DNA of 64,000 bases from the human T2T-CHM13v2.0 reference genome, Homo sapiens: NCBI RefSeq assembly GCF_009914755.1, contig NC_060925.1. One strand, written 5' to 3'. Made by a program: the position numbers and the translations under genes. Positions 58,501 to 64,000 of this stretch are shown here, piece after piece (position 1 is the stretch's first letter; each line of letters starts with the position of its first letter). A model generated the notes under the pieces. That model was not told the DNA's origin, did not search any database, and saw only the letters and a list, made by a program, of their open reading frames with translations.

Positions 58501-61500
58501 TATGGAATGAAATCCAGTGTGATCATCATCGAATGCACCCGAATGGAATCATCATCCAACGGAATCTAATGGAAACAACATCGAATGAATCGAATGGAAA
58601 CACCATCGAATTGAAACGAGTGGAATTATCATGAAATTGAAATGGATGGACTCATCATCGAATGGATTCGAATGGAATCATCGAATAAAATTGATTGAAA
58701 TCATCATCAAATGGAATCGAATGGTATCATTGAATGGAATCGAATGGAATCATCATCAGATGGAAATGAATGGAATCGTCATAGAATGGAATCGAATGGA
58801 TTCATTGAATGGAATCAGATGGAATCATCGAATGGACTGGAATGGAATCATTGAATGGACTCGAGAGGGATCATTATTGAATGGAATTGAATGGAATCAT
58901 GGAATGGTCTCGATTGGAATCATTATCAAATGGAATCGAATGGAATCACCGAACAGAATCGAATGGAACCATCATCGAATGGACTCCAATGGAATTATCC
59001 TCAAATGGAATCGAATGGAATTATCGAATGCAATCGAATGGAATTATCGAATGCAATCGAATAGAATCATCGAATGGACTCGAATGGAATCATCGAATGG
59101 AATGGAATGGAACAGTCAATGAACTCGAATGGAATCATCATTGAATGGAATCGAATGGAATCATCGAGTGGAATCGAATGGAATTATGATCAAATGGAAT
59201 CGAATGTAATCATCATCAAATGGAATCAAAGATAACCATCATCAATTGGTATTGAATGGAATTGTCATCAAATGGAATTCAAAGGAATCTTCACCAAATG
59301 GAACCGAAAGGAATCCTCATTGAATGGAAATGAAAGGGGTCATCATCTAATGGAATCGCATGCAATCATCATCAAATGGAATCGAATGGAATCATCATCA
59401 GATGGAATCTAATGGAATCATTGAACAGAATTGAATGGAATCGTCATCGAATGAATTGAATGCAATCATCGAATGGTCTCGAATGGAATCATCTTCAAAT
59501 GGAATGGAATGGAATCATCGCATAGAATCGAATGGAATTATCATCGAATGGAATCGAATGGAATCAACATCAAACGGAAAAAAACGGAATTATCGAATGG
59601 AATCGAAGAGAATCATAGAATGGTCCCGAATGGAATCGTCTAATGGAATGGAATGGAATAATCCATGGACTCGAATGCAATCATCATCGAATGGAATCGA
59701 ATGGAATCATCGAATGGACTCGAATGGAATAATCATTGAACGGAATCGAATGGAATCATCATCGGATGGAAATGAATGGAATCATTATCGAATGGAATCG
59801 AATAGAATTATGGAATGAAATCCAGTGTCATCATCATCGAATGGACCTGAATGGAATCATCATCCAACGGAAGCTAATGGAATCAACATCGAATGAATCG
59901 AATGGAAACACCATCGAATTGAAACGAGTGGAATTATCATGAAATTGAAATGGATGGACTCATCATCGAATGGATTCGAATGGAATCATCGAATAAAATT
60001 GATTGAAATCATCATCAAATGGAATCGAATGGTAGCATTGAATGGAATCGAATGGAATCATCATCAGATGGAAATGAATGGAATCGTCATAGAATGGAAT
60101 CCAATGGATTCATTGAATGGAATCAGATGGAATCTTCGAATGGACTGGAATGGAATCATTGAATGGACTCAAAAGGGATCATTATTGAATGGAATTGAAT
60201 GGAATCATCGAATGGTCTCGATTGGAATCATTATCAAATGGAATCGAATGGAATCACCGAATAGAATCGAATGGAACAATCATCGAATGGACTCAAATGA
60301 AATTATCCTCAAGTGGAATCGAATGGAATTATCGAATGCAATCGAATGGAATTATCGAATGCAATCGAATAGAATCATCGAATGGACTCGAATGGAATCA
60401 TCGAATGGAATGGAATGGAACAGTCAATGAACTCGAATGGAATCATCATTGAATGGAATCGAATGGAATCATCGAGTGGAATCGAATGGAATTATGATCA
60501 AATGGAATCGAATGTAATCATCATCAAATGGAATCAAAAATAACCATCATCAATTGGTATTCAATGGAATTGTCATCAAATGGAATTCAAAGGTATCATC
60601 ATCAAATGGAACCGAATGGAATCCTCATTGAATGGAAATGAAAGGGGTCATCATCTAATGGAATCGCATGGAATCATCATCAAATGGAATCGAATGGAAT
60701 CATCATCAAATGGAATCTAATGGAATCATTGAACAGAATTGAATGGAATCGTCATCGAATGAATTGAATGCAATCATCGAATGGTCTCGAATGGAATCAT
60801 CTTCTAATGGAAAGTAATGGAATCATCGCATAGAATCGAATGGAATTAAAATTGAATGGACTCGAATGGAATCAACATCAAACGGAAAAAAACGGAATTA
60901 TCGAATGGAATCGAAGAGAATCATCGAACGGACCCGAATGGAATCATCTAATGGAATGGAATGGAATAATCCATGGACTCGAATGCAATCATCATCGAAT
61001 GGAATCGAATGGAATCATCGAATGGACTCGAATGGAATAATCATTGAACGGAATCGAATGGAATCATCATCGGATGGAAAAGAATGGAATCATCATCGAA
61101 TGGAAATGAAAGGAGTCATCATCTAATGGAATTGCATGGAATCATCATAAAATGGAATCGAATGGAATCAACATCAAATGGAATCCAATGGAATCATTGA
61201 ACGGAATTGAATGGAATCGTCATCGAATCAATTGAATGCAATCATCGAATGGTCTCGAATGGAATCATGTTCAAATGGAATGGAATGGAATCATCGCATA
61301 GAATCGAATGTAATTATCATCGAATGGAATCGAATGAAATCAACAACAAACGGAAAAAAAAGGAATTATCGAATGGAATCAAAGAGAATCATCGAATGGA
61401 CCCGAATGGAATCATCTAATGGAAGGGAATGGAATAATCCATGGACTCGAATGCAATCATCATCGAATGGAATCGAATGGAATCATCGAATGGACTCGAA

Positions 61501-64000
61501 TGGAATAATCATAGAACGGAATCGAATGGAATCATCATCGGATGGAAATGAATGGAATCACCATCGAATGGAATCGAATAGAATTATGGAATGAAATCCA
61601 GTGTGATCATCATCGAATGGACCCGAAGGGAATCATCATCCAACGGAAGCTAATGGAAACAACATCGAATGAATCGAATGGAAACACCATCGAATTGAAA
61701 CGAGTGGAATTATCATGAAATTGAAATGGATAGACTCATCATCGAATGGATTCGAATGGAATCATCGAATAAAATTGATTGAAATCATCATCAAATGGAA
61801 TCGAATGGTATCATTGAATGGAATCGAATGGAATCATCATCAGATGGAAATGAATGGAATCGTCATAGAATGGAATCGAATGGATTCATTGAATGGAATC
61901 AGATGGAATCATCGAATGGACTGGAATGGAATCATTGAATGGACTCGAGAGGGATCATTATTGAATGGATGAATGGAATCATGGAATGGTCTCGATTGGA
62001 ATCATTATCAAATGGAATCGAATGGAATCACCGAATAGAATCGAATGGAACAATCATCGAATGGACTCCAATGGAATTATCCTCAAATGGAATCGAATGG
62101 AATTATCGAATGCAATCGAATGGAATTATCGAATGCAATCGAATAGAATCATCGAATGGACTCGAATGGAATCATCGAATGGAATGGAATGGAACAGTCA
62201 ATGAACTCGAATGGAATCATCATTGAATGGAATCGAATGGAATCATCGAGTGGAATCGAATGGAATTATGATCAAATGGAATCGAATGTAATCATCATCA
62301 AATGGAATCAAAGATAACCATCATCAATTGGTATTGAATGGAATTGTCATCAAATGGAATTCAAAGGAATCATCACCAAATGGAACCGAAAGGAATCCTC
62401 ATTGAATGGAAATGAAAGGGGTCATCATCTAATGGAATCGCATGGAATCATCATCAAATGGAATCGAATGGAATCATCATCAGATGGAATCTAATGGAAT
62501 CATTGAACAGAATTGAATGGAATCGTCATCGAATGAATTGAATGCAATCATCGAATGGTCTCGAACGGAATCATATTCTAATGGAAAGGAATGGAATCAT
62601 CGCATAGAATCGAATGGAATTAACATTGAATGGACTCGAATGGAATCAACATCAAACGGAATCAAGCGGAATTATCGAATGGAATCGAAGAGAATCATCG
62701 AATGGACTCGAATGGAATCATCTAATGGAATGGAATGGAATAATCCACGGACTCGAATGCAATCATCATCGTATAGAATCGAATGGAATCATCGAAAGGA
62801 CTCGAAAGGAATAATCATTGAACGGAATCGAATGGAATCATCATCGGATGGAAACTAATGGAATCATCATCGAATGGAAATGAAAGGAGTCATCATCTAA
62901 TGGAATTGCATGGAATCATCATAAAATGGAATCGAATGGAATCATCATCAAATGGAATCAAATGGAATCATTGAACGGAATTGAATGGAATCGTCATCGA
63001 ATGAATTGAATGCAATCATCGAATGGTCTCGAATGGAATCATCTTCAAATGGAATGGAATGGAATCATCGCATAGAATCGAATGGAATTATCATCGAATG
63101 GAATCGAATGGAATCAACATCAAATGGGAAAAAACGGAATTATCGAATGGAATCGAAGAGAATCATCGAATGGACCCGAATGGAATCATCTAATGGAATG
63201 GAATGGAATAATCCATGAACTCGAATGCAATCATCATCGAATGGAATCGAATGGAATCATCGAATGGACTCGAATGGAATAATCATCAAACGGAATCGAA
63301 TGGAATCATCATCGGATGGAAATGAATAGAATCATCATCGAATGGAATCGAATAGAATTATGGAATGAAATCCAGTGTGATCATCATGGAATGGACCCGA
63401 ATGGAATCATCATCCAACGGAAGCTAATGGAATCAACATCGAATGAATCGAATGGAAACACCATCGAATTGAAACGAATGGAATTATCATGAAATTGAAA
63501 TGGATGGACTCATCATCGAATGGATTCGAATGGAATCATCGAATAAAATTGATTGAAATCGTCATCAAATGGAATCGAATGGTATCATTGAATGGAATCG
63601 AATGGAATCATCATCAGATGGAAATGAATGGAATCGTCATAGAATGGAATCGAATGGATTCATTGAGTGGAATCAGATGGAATCATCGAATGGACTGGAA
63701 TGGAATCACTGAATGGACTCGAAAGGGATCATCATTGAATGGAATTGAATGGAATCATGGAATGGTCTCGATTGGAATCATTATCAAATGGAATCGAATG
63801 AAATCACCGAATAGAATCGAATGGAACAATCATCGAATGGACTCAAATGGAATTATCTTCAAATGGAATCGAATGGAATTATCGAATGCAATCGAATGGA
63901 ATTATCGAATGCAATCGAATAGAATCATCGAATGGACTCGAATGGAATCATCAAATGGAATGGAATGGAACAGTCAATGAACTCGAATGGAATCATCATT
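55591..64000. repeat. >=8.4-kb block, copy 2 of the ~30.8-kb-offset duplication (runs off the window end)
   Basis: Shares rare variants GGAGTGGAAT, GGCGTCATC, CAGATAGAAA, GGAAAAGAAAAGAG, GTCATGTAATGG and GAATGGATGAATGG with 24.8-33.2 kb. Confidence 0.92.

Larger units (their letters stand above)
1..64000. repeat. Human Satellite II (HSat2/HSATII) pericentromeric tandem array, GAATG strand, single orientation; probably the chr1q12-type 1.77-kb family
   Basis: Continuous GAATGGAATC / GAATGGAATCATC(ATC) repeats, the reverse complement of the HSat2 (ATTCCATTCG)2(ATG)1-2 consensus. TCGA is very dense and pure (GGAAT)n runs are short, which distinguishes it from HSat3. No non-satellite sequence seen. 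The chromosome assignment is inferred only from the 1,776-bp period. Confidence 0.97.

Noticed and set aside
1-64000. All ORFs lie on the + strand, with ATGA stop/start overlaps resembling an operon (e.g. 996-999)
   Set aside because: This is a composition effect: ATG is in every GAATG, and the opposite strand is full of TGA from ATCATC. The overlaps are chance features of the repeat unit.
1-64000. CRISPR-like or other repeat-spacer array
   Set aside because: There are no unique spacers; all intervening sequence is itself degenerate satellite.
1-64000. Inversion or L1/Alu insertion within the array
   Set aside because: No CATTC-strand segment, poly(A) tail, target-site duplication or non-satellite sequence was seen. 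The longest A-runs (7-9 nt in CGGAAAAAAA) are part of the 468-bp module.

Overview
The whole 64 kb window is one uninterrupted, single-orientation array of human (or closely related hominid) Satellite II (HSat2/HSATII), read on the GAATG strand. It is built from degenerate GAATG/GAATC pentamers interrupted by (ATC)1-2, giving the classical 23/26-bp units. I find no genes, RNA genes, transposon insertions or inversions, and all listed ORFs are translation artefacts of the repeat. The dominant higher-order period is 1,776 bp, with a 1,308-bp variant and one EcoRI site per unit, which best fits the chromosome 1q12 '1.77-kb' HSat2 family (inferred from periodicity, not from a search). The readable structure is architectural. 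Each unit is an ~840-bp arm plus 1-4 copies of a 468-bp module. Shared private variants reveal nested duplications at offsets of ~3.1, 4.6, 5.3, 10.5, 12.9, 30.8 and 40.7 kb, chimeric junctions, and indels that mostly follow the 23/26-bp register. Each unit also has a CpG-poor segment and exact DUX4-type motifs. I see no evidence of a new protein-coding system. All offsets were read by eye from the ORF-track coordinates and marker variants, so breakpoints are approximate.
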